Positions 51,257 through 63,830 of a stretch of DNA of 64,000 nucleotides are shown piece by piece. The position numbers and the translations under genes are program-made. A model generated the notes under the pieces. The model did not search any database, was not told the DNA's origin, and was given only the letters and a program-made list of their open reading frames with translations. Positions within the stretch are counted from its first letter, which is position 1. Each line of letters opens with the position of its first letter. The stretch is from Octopus sinensis (lineage: Eukaryota), in the NCBI RefSeq assembly GCF_006345805.1, contig NC_043002.1, positions 102,300,001-102,364,000 of the forward strand, in the 5' to 3' direction.

Positions 51257-51752
51257 CAATTCCGGCCTTCGGTGCCCTAACGCCGTGTTTGCCTCGATGT
51301 CAATGTCCCACAGGATTTTTGCCCTACTGTGCTCCTCCATTATCTTTTCCGGTGTATGTTGGTACCAAGCACACATTACCTCTTATGCACACTTCCGGAA
51401 TAGTAACAGTGAGGTTCTTATGCTACCATGTGTCTTCGCTCGTACCATTTCCGCGCAAATCTTTTACAAGCACTATCAAAGTGATTCACGTTTCTCCCAC
51501 ACTCTTTTCTCACAGATTCTACCTAAGTTCTTTTAAGAGGTTTAGGTCTTACTTGCTCGAGTTCTTTCTGCGATAAAGGACAGCAACCTGTTTTTAGAGG
51601 TCCCAGTGGGGCTCTTTCTTCAAACTTCAGCTTTCGTAATTCGATGTAATATTATCATGGAAGACACTCAGTACTCAAGCACCAGTCTCAAAATCCTAGT
51701 CGTCCCCAATAAAGCAATTTTAGGTGCCCTCATGTCTATTCCAGTTCTTCTA
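51257..51752 (-). mobile_element. R4/Dong-like RLE LINE fragments in non-colinear order
   Basis: 51752-51668 encodes the ORF terminus RTGIDMRAPKIALLGTTRILRLVLEY*. 51560-51257 encodes the upstream CCHC-like region ECGRNVNHFDSACKRFARKWYERRH and WYQHTPEKIMEEHSRAKILWDIDIEANTALGHRRPE. Confidence 0.8.
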
Positions 51753-52391
51753 GGATACATATATATATCTTGTATTTAGAACTTATTTTATGGAACCTGG
51801 GCGTTAAAATTAGTATATGTGTTTATAAATAATGCGTCCATAGTTAGTAACCGCATCTATTTCATTAAAACCCGTGTCATTTCTAACAGTAATAGGTACC
51901 GAAAAACGTGTATTGGGAATGCGAATTAAGGAAGATGACAAATGTGTAAAATTACTCGGTGCATTCAGATATATACTCGACATTTGTGACCCACAACGGC
52001 TGAATACTTTTGAATAACACTGGCAAAAATACAGAAATAACGAATAAAAACTGAAATAGGCTCTGTTTTACATAGAAGACGATTCATGCATGAAGTTGTT
52101 CAATGTAACAAAAAGAGAAAGTAACAAGAATAATGATTAAATTAAATGTATGAAAACGAGCAACGTATAGAATATATTATTAAATAAAAAAAACATGTAC
52201 ATATGTTGGTCAGTCTAGTTTTGAAATATTACTCTGGAATGGAAATGTCTTGGTGAACGGTTCATATGATTACTCATTTTATTCCCAATCCGATACAAAC
52301 TCAATTCAATATACATACATACAAGCGTGCAAATATATTTATAGACGCACACATAAATGTATGTATGCTTACACATAGCAATGAATGTAAA

Positions 52392-52432
<41 letters not shown>

Positions 52433-52454
52433 ATGTGTTTTTATACGTGTCTTT

Positions 52455-52655
52455 GTGCTTGTGTTTATCTTCCTCCACTGTTCGATAACCGGTGTTGGTA
52501 TGTTTGCGTCCCGTAATGTAGCGTTGAGGTATAAAGGAAAAAACGACAGAATGAGAACCAGATTCAAACAATATAAGTACTGGGATCGATTCCTTCGTCT
52601 AAAAAGCCTGAGGCTGGGACCCTAGTTAAATGACTTAAAGAAACAGTAAGTAAAA
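52455..52655 (+). mobile_element. Degenerate SINE family A 3' half
   Basis: ataaccggtgttggtatgtttgcgtcccgtaa...aagtactgggatcgatt...tgacttaaagaaacagtaag. Confidence 0.6.
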
Positions 52656-53789
52656 GATGCACACAAATATATATATATATATATATATATATTTAGATAT
52701 AAGCATATACATATACACACACATACATATACATAGATATTTTTGAGACATTGAAATGCTGTCTGGAATAGAAATTTTGTTATAATTAATAGTCGTTAAT
52801 ATATCGGATAAAAAATGTACCTCGCATAGCAGCAGGGCGATGAGTCACTCATATGAATCGATCCACGTTTCTTCGTTATTAGGAATAATTGTGATACAAC
52901 AAATGGTACACACACACAAATTTTATTTATATTTATATATATATATATTTGTGTAAATCTATGTATGTTAATATGTCGATGATATACCTGTATCGATATA
53001 AGATATACGTGTATGTTATATCGCAATATTTATATTTGTATAGATTTTCATGTTTTTATATGTTGGTAGGGGCATATTCAATATGTTTAATGGGTTCTGC
53101 TGAATATTGTGACAAGCCGCAGATTACTACTGCAGGATGGGAATCAACCAATTATAAGAACTGTCTTCTAAAGTTTCCAACTTTATAAGTATTTATTCGA
53201 TATGTTCGTAATCTTTAGTTACACACTGGCATCGCTATTCATACTTACACACTAGGACACACAAATATTCGAGAGTATATACACACACATGTTATTAGAT
53301 ACTGAATCTGCACAAATATTTAACTCTGCATTAGTGTTCAGCGATATTGTCCTCCAGTAACAGAAACTGGTGAAGTTAGAACAACGAATGTTCATATGTG
53401 AAGAACTCAGGCATTGTTTCTCCTAATCTATGATCTTGTCATTATTTAGTAGTAGAAAACACAGTGTAGATATAGCCAAAGTAAATATACATTATTGAGA
53501 AGATTAATCGACCATACAGGGTTAATCTTAGTGATTTAAATATTAAGGCAATCAACGGACCTATTAATTATGCTAATATCACTAATTAATTAATATTACG
53601 CTCTAAAATTATACTTAAGAGTTGATTACACATCTCTCAAAGAATAACGTGAAACAATACAAACATAGGAAGATATATTTTACACATAAATCACTTGGAC
53701 GTTGCTTTGTTTTTGTATTTAAGACTAATGAAGGGCGTTTGATAGAAATGTGGACACTAGAACCACCGTGCAAATGTACGCCTTATCTG

Positions 53790-54175
53790 ACCTCCAAGAA
53801 ACATTACTGGCGTAATGCATTGCATCATGTAGTTTGGCAAACATAGATATCTTGATATTGAAGTCGTATAATCAAACAAAAATCCTTTGAAATACGTACA
53901 CATGGAAGATTATCAAGAATTCTTTGAAAAGGATAAGTTTAATGAAGAAGCATTACATGTAAGAAATATTGTACAAAAATATTATTAATAACAACTATTA
54001 GAAAATGAAGCTGTATTACTTTGGTAAAAATACAATGTATACAAAGATTAATAGTAAAAGGCAAATTAGATGGTAAATGCTGAGAGGGGAGAACCAAGAA
54101 GAAACTGTTTTGATATGATTAAGGAGTGGACTATCCCGAATGAAGATCATCGATGCTGAATCTGCTGAGAGCAGA
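53790..54175 (+). pseudogene. Degenerate RTE LINE 3' fragment
   Basis: Broken frames: LLITTIRK...QRLIVKGKLDGKC*EGRTKKK...LLRADD, paralleling RTE C-terminal TIRKRQL...GKIEGKRSRGRP...LLRA. Confidence 0.55.
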
Positions 54176-54811
54176 TGATACCTGATAAGGAAGATGATCA
54201 AAACGAGAAAATGTTCATCCTGATCTGCTTTATCGGAACTGACCTGTTGCAAAACAACTTTAGCATAAAGGAACTGAAGTTACATACACCACACCGGTTA
54301 AATCGGTCGTACTGGTTAGTATAGCGTTAATAAGAAAAATCTAAGGAAATGTAATTATGTATCGAGGAACAAGATATGTTACATTGCTAAATAATGCTTT
54401 GCTTTATGTTTTTTCTTCTTTTTTTTCTTTTGACAGAAATGTATAAAGCACATTCTCACACGTTTCAATTATTTTCTCAGGTTTCTCTGCGAAGTATAAA
54501 AATGAGTTTTGCTGTGAAATGAAACAGATGTTGTTGAAATGAATATAGACAAGAACATCTCAAAACGGAATTCAGAATCACACACACGAAGATTAAAGGA
54601 AAAAAGAGATTTAAAACATTGATAATGTTCGATACGTCGGGCTATATTATTACGAATGAGAAACGGCCGCTTCCAGCTAAAATGTTCACTATGAATATTT
54701 ACCAAAATATTTAATAACTGAGAGTAGACAGGCGGTAAATCGTCGACCAGTGGATTCTTCGTTAATCACAGGAAAGTGTTTTATTTTGGGATAATATATG
54801 TCCCTTACATC

Positions 54812-55587
54812 ATTAAAAAGTATGGCAAAACAACTTGTAATTTAAAGTGCATCCTAACTTAACGACTATAAATTTTTTAACAGATCAGATTTCGATGTTG
54901 TCTTTGCATGATCGGATGTCTGGCGAAAATTAACAAACAATGTATACTTTATAACAGTATGCACAAGAACAGGAAATTATGCATGATATTTATTATTTAT
55001 GTGTTATAATGGATTATATATTTACATTGATCTTTGGCTTACCACAAAACCAAGTTCAATTTGTAAATCCTATTAAGTCATCGAACGAATTCCATAGCAT
55101 TTGCATTTCAACAATTTCAAATATTTTAGCACAAAATGACAGCTTCAGGCACCTGTAGCAATTTGTCCCTCTTAACTATTTTGTGAAATATGTTATAATA
55201 CCACAGGTTCCTATTTTTCTTAGAAGACGACCAAGACAATGTCTATATTGGCTTTTGATGCAGTGTCCTCTTTTATCTTTTAAAACTATTGGACTTCCAG
55301 TTATTTATTTGCCAGATTCTAGTGCTCAGCCCCAAATCGTCGTAGACTGCGGTGACCTAACTTCAGAGAAATTGTCTATGTAACCGTTCCACGTTTTTCT
55401 TCTTGTTTATTTCAAACTACGTAATCGAATGAGACTTTCATTTTGATCGATATTTGTTTGTTAATTTTCGCCAGACATCCGATCATGCAAAGACAACATC
55501 GAAATCTGATCTGTTAAATAAATTTATAGTCGTTTCTTAACTTAGGATGCACTTTAAATTATAAGTTGTATTGCCATACTTTTTAAT
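54812..55587. mobile_element. Foldback/MITE-like element with about 130-bp inverted arms
   Basis: 54812-54940 (attaaaaagtatggcaa...gaaaattaacaaacaa) is the reverse complement of 55454-55587, with few differences. The spacer is about 510 bp. Confidence 0.85.
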
Positions 55588-56300
55588 ATTCTAACATAAG
55601 AATAGCACCGACAGAAATAAAGTCTCATGCGGATAGACGTTTGCAATAGATGACGTACATAGATGCTGTAGGTTCTATTGTCGAAAACCTACTGACTTTA
55701 AAATATAAAAAGTATATCAAAATACGAAAAAAATTACTGTTGAGAAAACTGAAGAGATTTTTTTTTAAACAATGTATCTCCCAGAAGAATACCTGAAGGA
55801 ACCAGTAAAGCAATTAAGGTCAGAACGCTAAGACCTCTGAGGAATACACGATGCATCTGTTGGTCAGTTTAGGATTCCCTGCAATATTTTTCGTATACGA
55901 TAACTATCTCAAAGAACATTTTATGCAGTATGTTATTCTGCTCTTCGAGACCATTTGGGAAATACGATGAAGTAAAAATTCACTGCGAAATAGAAAAAAT
56001 ACGCGCAGATCAACGACTTAAATCTATTTTATTCCCGTGAGTAGTTGTGTTTATTTTCGAAAATTCAGTGCAATTACTTCGAATGGTCGAGTAGAAAACG
56101 GATGAAGAATTTTGTTTTATCAAATAGGTTTCAAATTACAAAAATATTCGGAAGGAGACGTTCGTTAAAGTTTACGATATGAATTGACTTTTCTTTCGTC
56201 TTGTTACTTAACTGACTATTGTTCATTCGTATAATATTTTCGCACATATTCACAAGTATATGCAGACATACACACCCGCACATACATAAACTCACATGTA

Positions 56301-56362
<62 letters not shown>

Positions 56363-56364
<2 letters not shown>

Positions 56365-56637
56365 GTGAAGGGAAGAAATGGAGCTGGACGAAGATTCTAT
56401 AGAATTCCTTTTATTACATTCTACACATGTTTCAAAGGCCACAAATTTCCAAATTCTGATTGAATAAGGATACCATATTGCAGCTTTCTCTTCAGAAAAA
56501 TCCAGGAATTACGATGTCCAAAGAAAACAAAATTCTGGAATCAGAATTTGGAAATTTGTGGCCTTTGAAACATGTGTAGAATGTAATAAAAGGAATTCTG
56601 TAGAATCTTCGTTCAGCTCCATTTCTTCCATTCACTA
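56363..56637. mobile_element. Inverted-repeat element (99-bp arms, 77-bp spacer) carrying a hammerhead-like motif; Penelope pLTR-like
   Basis: Arms 56363-56461 and 56539-56637. The minus strand has CTGAAGA (56495-56489), stem II and GAAAC-ATGT-GTA. The element abuts (TC)n(TA)n. Confidence 0.75.
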
Positions 56638-57515
56638 ATTATATTAAACTTCAATTATCCGCGCCAACGCACGGTTGCAACACCCTATGGTCATAACTGC
56701 AACCGTGTTTTTCCTGCTGTGATTTTTGCTACCCAGGTATCGGTTAAACTTTTGAATAATCCGTAACAAGATAATTCATCTTTCCATTTCAACAAACATA
56801 TATATATATATATCATTTATAAACAAACGCGAAAGGCTTTGTAGGATACGGAGTAAGGTAAAATAAATAAAACAAAATAGATTAAAAATAGATAAATGAA
56901 TAGACTCACAAAATATGGTCTTTCACGCCTTAAAAATTCATTATTCAGCTAGACTAATAAAGGTATGGGATAAAACAATTAAAAGTTTCAGATATGCAGC
57001 GCGCCCTTCGTGAGATACTGGATGTAAATTGTTAAGAAGCAGAAGTAAGTAGATATAGTATTTAACATAAATAAAAATTAAAGGGAATAAATATATGATA
57101 ATTTAAGTATCCATAAGGGCTTAAATATGGGTGAATTCAACAAGTTAAATTAAAGCATACTAATAAAATTATTTAAATAGTTAAGAATAATTCGCTCAAA
57201 ACCGAAAGCAGATATTTGATAAAAAGGTGAAGAGCTAAAAACAGGTGAGAATAATTTAAAGCGAAACCAGGTAGAAATAAATATGAACAGTTTACAGTGA
57301 GTTAGAATATAGCTTCAGGTTGGTTTTATACAGTACAAATAATTTAGTGAGGAAGAGCCAATAAAACTGAGAACAATCTAATTTAGGGACATACAACAAA
57401 TGAGACCGCATAAATAAAAACTATATTTTACAGTCAATAAGAAAATAGCTAAAATGTGAGGGTTTTTTTAATAGAATAATTCAAAATTAATGCAAATACA
57501 ACTTATTATAATAAA

Positions 57516-57891
57516 CTAGCAGTATCGCCCGGAAAATAACTATATAAGCATTTTTAGAGATGTAAAGTATAATAGCCATCTCAATATGGTTAACCACAAA
57601 GGAGGGTGTTACTGTAGCGTTTTACGTTCTGAGATTTAATAATACATTTTTAGAAAGTTACTTCCCTTATATAATAGCAAAAAGAATGCATTAAAAATGG
57701 GAAAAAAATGATGGTAATTTTTTTTTTAATCGTAGACTCATCGTAGACGCGCGCTAATACCCAGAAGGGCTCGATATAAATCACGACTATAAGATACCCG
57801 GTTTTGGTTAAACTGCACCGCAAAATGTGGGAGTAGTTAGGAATCTAAATCGTAGGAGACAGACACACAACTTCACTTTTGTATATAAAGA
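57516..57891 (-). mobile_element. Non-autonomous Helitron, second copy
   Basis: Reverse complement of 29182-29576, retaining A|TC and CTAG|T ends, with a deletion through the subterminal hairpin. Confidence 0.85.
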
Positions 57892-58635
57892 TGAATGCGT
57901 TAATGTTAGATATACCTTCATGCAAGGAAATATAAAGCCGTAAAATGTTCATTGTACAAGAAATGGCAATACGTAGAAAGATTAATTTTTAAGTAACCTA
58001 GTATTAATTTAATATACCTTATAAGTCTTTTAACTCTTTCGATATTTATAATAAGTTATATACTGCATAGAGTGTCTTCTACCTTAATTAAATATTAACA
58101 ATAACTATACATACATGACTTAAAATCTACCAACTAATTTTCTATTGACTTAATATGGATGGACACAAAATCACAATGTGTGACATTTATACCAATATAT
58201 CTGCTTCGGTATTTCTTTTACTACATACTTTACATAAATATATCGATCTATTCTTACTATACAACTCCAATATACACTACCTTCCTCTCCTTCCTACAAT
58301 CTGTACCATGTTTTATACTAATTGTTTATGTATAAATGTTATCGGTCAGCGGTTTGCAGCCATACCTCAGCATGCAGGAATTGAACATGTAATATATAGT
58401 AAACGACCTTTGTCAATTTTCTAATTAAAAAATAATAATTTATTAATTATCTCTCGTTTTTCTTCTCTTATATAAACACTACGGTTTATATAGTTGTTTA
58501 TATAGCTGAGTATTAACTAATGTCCAAAATTCTTTGTATAGGTAACTAGCCAGTGATTTCATAGGATTTTGCTATCCCTAAACGAGCTTTGTAACCTGTA
58601 TTTGTATGTATGTGAATATATATATATATATATAT

Positions 58636-58760
58636 AACGGGAATGTTTACGAAAATAAACAAAAGACGAAGGCAGGTGGAGTACAAACAAACAAATGTAT
58701 TAGTATAGCGCTCAGGAATAGAAAAAGTCTTTTACGTTTCGAGCATACGCTCTTCGACAG
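58636..58760 (-). mobile_element. Short (TA)n-anchored element with an atypical hammerhead-like motif
   Basis: The minus strand reads CTGTCGA-a-GAGC-gtat-GCTC-GAAAC-GTA-aaagac, followed by a U-rich tail into (TA)n. Confidence 0.45.
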
Positions 58761-58761
58761 C

Positions 58762-59998
58762 AGGCACTAAGTCAATTGTTTTGAAACCTAGCATATATTG
58801 ATGTCATAATTATACCTAACAATATTATCCTTATCTTTTCAGAAACTTTTTCCCATATGAGTAATCAAGAAAGAAAACGCCAAAGAGTGTGTGATTTGCT
58901 GAATGCACTCATCACACCAAAGGAGATTTCAAGAATAGTTGGAGTGTCCATAAAGACTGTATTATGTAAAGAATAGAATGACTATGAGCAAAACTATTAT
59001 GAGGAAGAATGGAAGTGGAGGAATCAACAAAAAACGTATCAAAGATTTTATTAAAGCTCTCAAATCCCAAATACTAAAGGATCCAACCAAATCCATGAGA
59101 AAAATTGCAATGGAACTTGAGATGGACAACAAGACCATTAGAAATGCAGTAAAATTTAATTTGAGGTTAGAATCTTACACAAGAACACCAAAACACTTGT
59201 TGACAACAGCTATGAAGGAAAAGAGATTGGAAAGGTGCAAGAACATTATTACATGTTTCAAGAAAAAGTCCTACATTGTAACGATCTCTTCAAATGAAAA
59301 GATCTTCACTGTCGATGCTGTTCTGAACCGCAGAAATGACAGATTTATCGCAAAATCGACAATTGAGATTAAGAGGACATTCAAAACAAAACACCGTGCT
59401 CATGTTATGTCTTTTGGTGTTGTGGTTTCCGATGGAAAGGAAATGCCTATAACATTCTACAAAGCTGATGAAAAGATCAATGTTAATACTTACTACAAGA
59501 CTCTGAGGTACCAGGTATTACTATGGCTTAAATAAAGCTACCCAGATGGTAATTATGTATGGACACAGGATGGTGCTCCAGCCCACACTGCAGAAATCTT
59601 GTATTTTCCTGGCTAATACAAATTTAGCAAATTTTTGGAATCATGTTTATGGCAGCCTTCTAGCCCAGATCTAAACATTCCGGATTATGTTATTTGGGGC
59701 TTTTTAGAACATGGAAGCAAAATAACATCATCGAGCAACGTCGACTCTCTTAAAAATAAAATTAAAGAAGAATGGGAAACGTTGTCTCCCGAATATTTGA
59801 GGAACGCTTGAGCAAGTTTCAGTAAGCGTATAAAAGCAGTTATTGAGAAAGAAGGAGGACACATAGCATAACACGTTTTTGCTCTTATGTAAATTTTCTT
59901 CTAGCAAATAAATTCTCATGACAATCAATAAACTAATTGGTCATACAATGACTTTAAATCCCTGCCTCAAAATATTGAAACATTTTGCTACCCCACCC
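58762..59998 (+). mobile_element. IS630-Tc1-mariner transposon, D,D37D (maT-type), inactive; transposase 58857-59871
   Basis: MSNQERKRQRVCDLL...HTH region, SSNEKIFTVDAVLNRRNDR (first D mutated to N), HVMSFGVVVSDG, TQDGAPAHT, WQPSSPDLNIPDY. I count 37 codons between the last two Asp. One 5' frameshift and internal stops. The right end is ...gctaccccaccc|TA; no left TIR was seen. Confidence 0.92.
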
Positions 59999-60032
<34 letters not shown>

Positions 60033-60365
60033 ATATATTTGTAAATATTTATATATGTAAAAGAATATATATAAATATATATATGTATAAATGTGTGTAT
60101 ATATATGTGTGTATATATATATGTGTATATATATCTATATGTATATCTATATGTGTGTGTGTATATATATATGTGTTTGTATATATATATATGTGTTTGT
60201 GTATATATATATGTGTGTGTGTATATATATGTGTGTGTGTATATATATGTGTGTGTGTATATATATGTGTGTGTGTATATATATGTGTGTGTGTGTATGT
60301 GTGTATATATCTTTTGTGTATATATACATATATGTATATATATATATATGTGTATATATATACAT
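59999..60365. repeat. Compound (TA)n/(TG)n microsatellite
   Basis: Directly visible. Confidence 0.95.
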
Positions 60366-60973
60366 ACGCAACCAAATATAAGTGTCTAATAAATGCGTGT
60401 TTTACATACGAACGATATAATTTCATCACTTTACTTGAAGAAACGGTAAAACGAAGATTGAGAAATCTAAAATTCCTCCTTGGCATCACTATTTAATTGA
60501 AAAGGAACTGAACGAAATCGACTACGAAATACAGTAGAAATATATGCGACCAGAATTCAAACTTCTCAAAGACGTTTGATGGATACCAGTTTTAATGCCA
60601 ATTTTGTTTATCAACATAGAAATCTTGTCACTAAACATCGGCTCTCTTGGCTAGGTATAGGAGCAGTGTGTGCGTGTGTTTGTGTCTGTATGCATGTAAC
60701 TGATTGCAAGTGTGTACGTAACTGTATATTGTGTGTGTCTGTGATAACAAAACTACGATCATGTATAAAAGCAAATTTGTTGCTACAACAATAACTACTA
60801 ACACACGCACACATTCCTATGTGTAAATAAGGAATATAAATGAGTACATACATACGTACATACATATGTGTGTGTGTGGGTATATATATGTATATATATA
60901 TATATGAACCATCCGATCTTCTGAGTACGTCATTTCTTCTAATATATAATACCTGTACATTATCTCCAAACCT

Positions 60974-61018
<45 letters not shown>

Positions 61019-63189
61019 GATAGATAGGTATACAGATAGACAAGTATATATATATAGAGAGAGAGAGACAGAGAGTGAGTGAGAGAGAATAGTTGATATT
61101 TTCGTAGGTAGTAGACAGAGAGATTGATATACTGAGAGAGTGAGAGAGAGAGAAAGAGGATGCGAGAGAGAGAGAAAGAAGATGCGAGAGAGAGAGAAAG
61201 AGGATGCGAAAGAGGATGCGAAAGAGAGAGAAGCAGGCAGATAGACACACACATCCGTACACCGATACACGAACATGGTAACTGGATATATCATGATAAT
61301 GGTATTCACAGTGATGTCAGATAAATGACATGCAAAATGTGTGCAGTTCAGACATTCAATATTCAGAGTTTATAGAGAAACAGGTGTTCCTGGATTCCTT
61401 TTGATTTGAGCAACAGCAAAAGCTCCCTAGTTGTATTATATATTTAGGCGTCAGCTTTCACTTTAAGGACCAATCAAGCATGATTATGTTGACCACGGAG
61501 TATGAGTACTAACAATTTTATTCAAACATTAAAAATGGAATGTTTCCCTGCAATAGAAATACTTATGTTGCCAAAGGTTTGTGGCGTGTTTTATTATAGC
61601 ACTCACATATTTTGTAGTCAACCTCAAAGCTGGTTGTAAATTATCGTGACAACTTTCAGATGCTTTCAAATATATTTTGCTTTATAGAATGTTGTCTCTT
61701 CTTAAAATATATATTCGCACCAAAACAGTATGGTATTTGCAAAGAGATAAGTCCCTGTACACTTACTAGACTGGTATCCGATGCTTGAAAATAATTTTGG
61801 CTTCATGAAAAGCTAACTTGAGGCAATATTTATTGGTACCATTACAAAGTAGGATTTACTAACAAATATATCCCAGTAAAATCACTAGAGCCCGATAGAA
61901 GCAGAAAGCAAATACACGTATTGCGCAATGTATACGTTTACAGCGTTGAATGGAAACGGTTACGATCCAAATATGATTTCCAAGGTAATTCAAAGTTGTA
62001 TCAAGAGTATAATTGAGAGTACGTGATGTCTATGCCACGAGGAAGATACAAACTTTGGACACTACACAGTGGCTCGTCACCTCATTAAAGATGTCAGTCA
62101 AAGTAGCCAATAACACCACTGGAATTACACAGTATTCGGAGAGAACACTGAAGGTAGTCAGAGATGAAGTTTTGTCTGAGATAATTTATTTGATGCAATC
62201 TAAAATGAATTTCTTATGCGAACATATGCACGCATGTATACATACTTTCATAACTGTACATGCTTATATACTTACGTATATATTAAATGTATAAATTTAA
62301 TAGTATGTAATTTCGTAATAATCCTTATTACACACACACACAAACACACACATACATACATACATATATATATATATATAAATGTGTGTGTGTGGATAAA
62401 TAGGAAAAATAGAAATTGAAAAAGCACTGAGAAGAGTTAAAATATTTTTATTAATATATTTGAAGCTTTAACCGGTTTCACAGTTTACATTGATTTTCCG
62501 CTCCCACCGTGTCACGCGACGCATTTTGTGCCGAAAATGTAGGCCGATGTTCTTCAAGGATTTTAATGTACACTATCAAATATCATAAGCCACACAAAGC
62601 TTACTCTAAGAAATAGACTGACCACTCAGTGACAACAAATATGAGGCCCCGGAACACATAGACATATCTCAAAATAGTAAGTCCCCCACATTCCAAGTCT
62701 AATTATTTTCAGCGAATACCACAGATAAAGCACGGATAAACTAAGAAAATTCTTTCTTACAAAAGTACAAATCAAGACTCAACAGATTTTAACAGAGTAC
62801 ATACACAAATAGTTTTTCCCTCACAACTCATTTTGCTACTTATCGTGAGGAACCTACACAGCTAACAACCTAATCTTAACCACTGGACTACAATCAGATA
62901 ACACCTGTCCACTCTCCCACCAGTCAGATTAACTTTGGAATGCCTTGATTTTAATTAAACCTGTTCATTCAACTGTGTCGGCCATCGTTTTAGGCATAAA
63001 ATATACAGAAAACATTCATAGTATTGACTCTTTGGACATGTTCAGTCAACCGTCTCAGCTTTAACTTACGACCCCAAACAGTTTCACTTGATACTAACAC
63101 ACGGACGTAGCGAGGAATCTACAAAAAATTCTAGGACCAGTCATGTGACTATCCTCTACTAATCAAATCCTATTCAAAACTTAATAGTG

Positions 63190-63830
63190 TGAGCCATAAG
63201 GATGGAAAGTAAAGTAGAAGAACAACAAGTGCAGCCTGCCGAAGAAGAAGGGTCGGAAATAGAGGAAAATAAAGAAGAGACATTTATTGGTGTAAATAAG
63301 CGAAACAGAAAGGAGCTGGGGAACTCTCCGACGGAGAACCAAAAAACGGAAGAAGGAAGTAGAGGAGAAAATAGTGGAGGTACTGAGGAAGGGGGCATAG
63401 AGTGGCGGGTATAATGGTGGACGATTGAGGTTATATACGAACAGGGGAACCAAAGGAAATGACTAGCGCGGACAGTTCAGGTCTGGAGCATAAACACGTA
63501 AATACCAATACGAAAAGGTGGCATGTAGTAACATATTTAAAAAGTACCGCCATAGAGCGGAAAATAGCGAAGTTTAAAGGTGGCATAAGGATTAAATTAC
63601 CAGCTGAACGTTACCCGGAACACATAAAGCGAGTGGTGATATAAAAGGTTAAAAGAACCATTTAAAGGTTATGTGAACCCTTTGGGGAAAGAAATTGAAT
63701 TTGAGGAACTACCAAAAGTAGTTACATACGAGGAGTTAATACCTCTAATGAATGGTAATAAAGGGGTACTTTAAAAGAGAGAATAAAAGAAATAGACTTT
63801 TTAGCAAAGGAGAAAAAGAAAGAAAAGGAA
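63190..63830 (+). pseudogene. Purine-rich degenerate coding-like tract, possibly a LINE ORF1 remnant
   Basis: MESKVEEQQVQPAEEEGSEIEENKEETFIGVNKRNRK is an acidic tract followed by F..V.KR.RK, as in some ORF1 N-termini. Later frames are broken and there is no diagnostic domain. Confidence 0.3.

Noticed and set aside
62013-62294. 93-aa ORF with a non-repetitive N-terminal part
   Set aside because: It has a non-ATG start, no recognisable domain or splice context, and ends in microsatellite.
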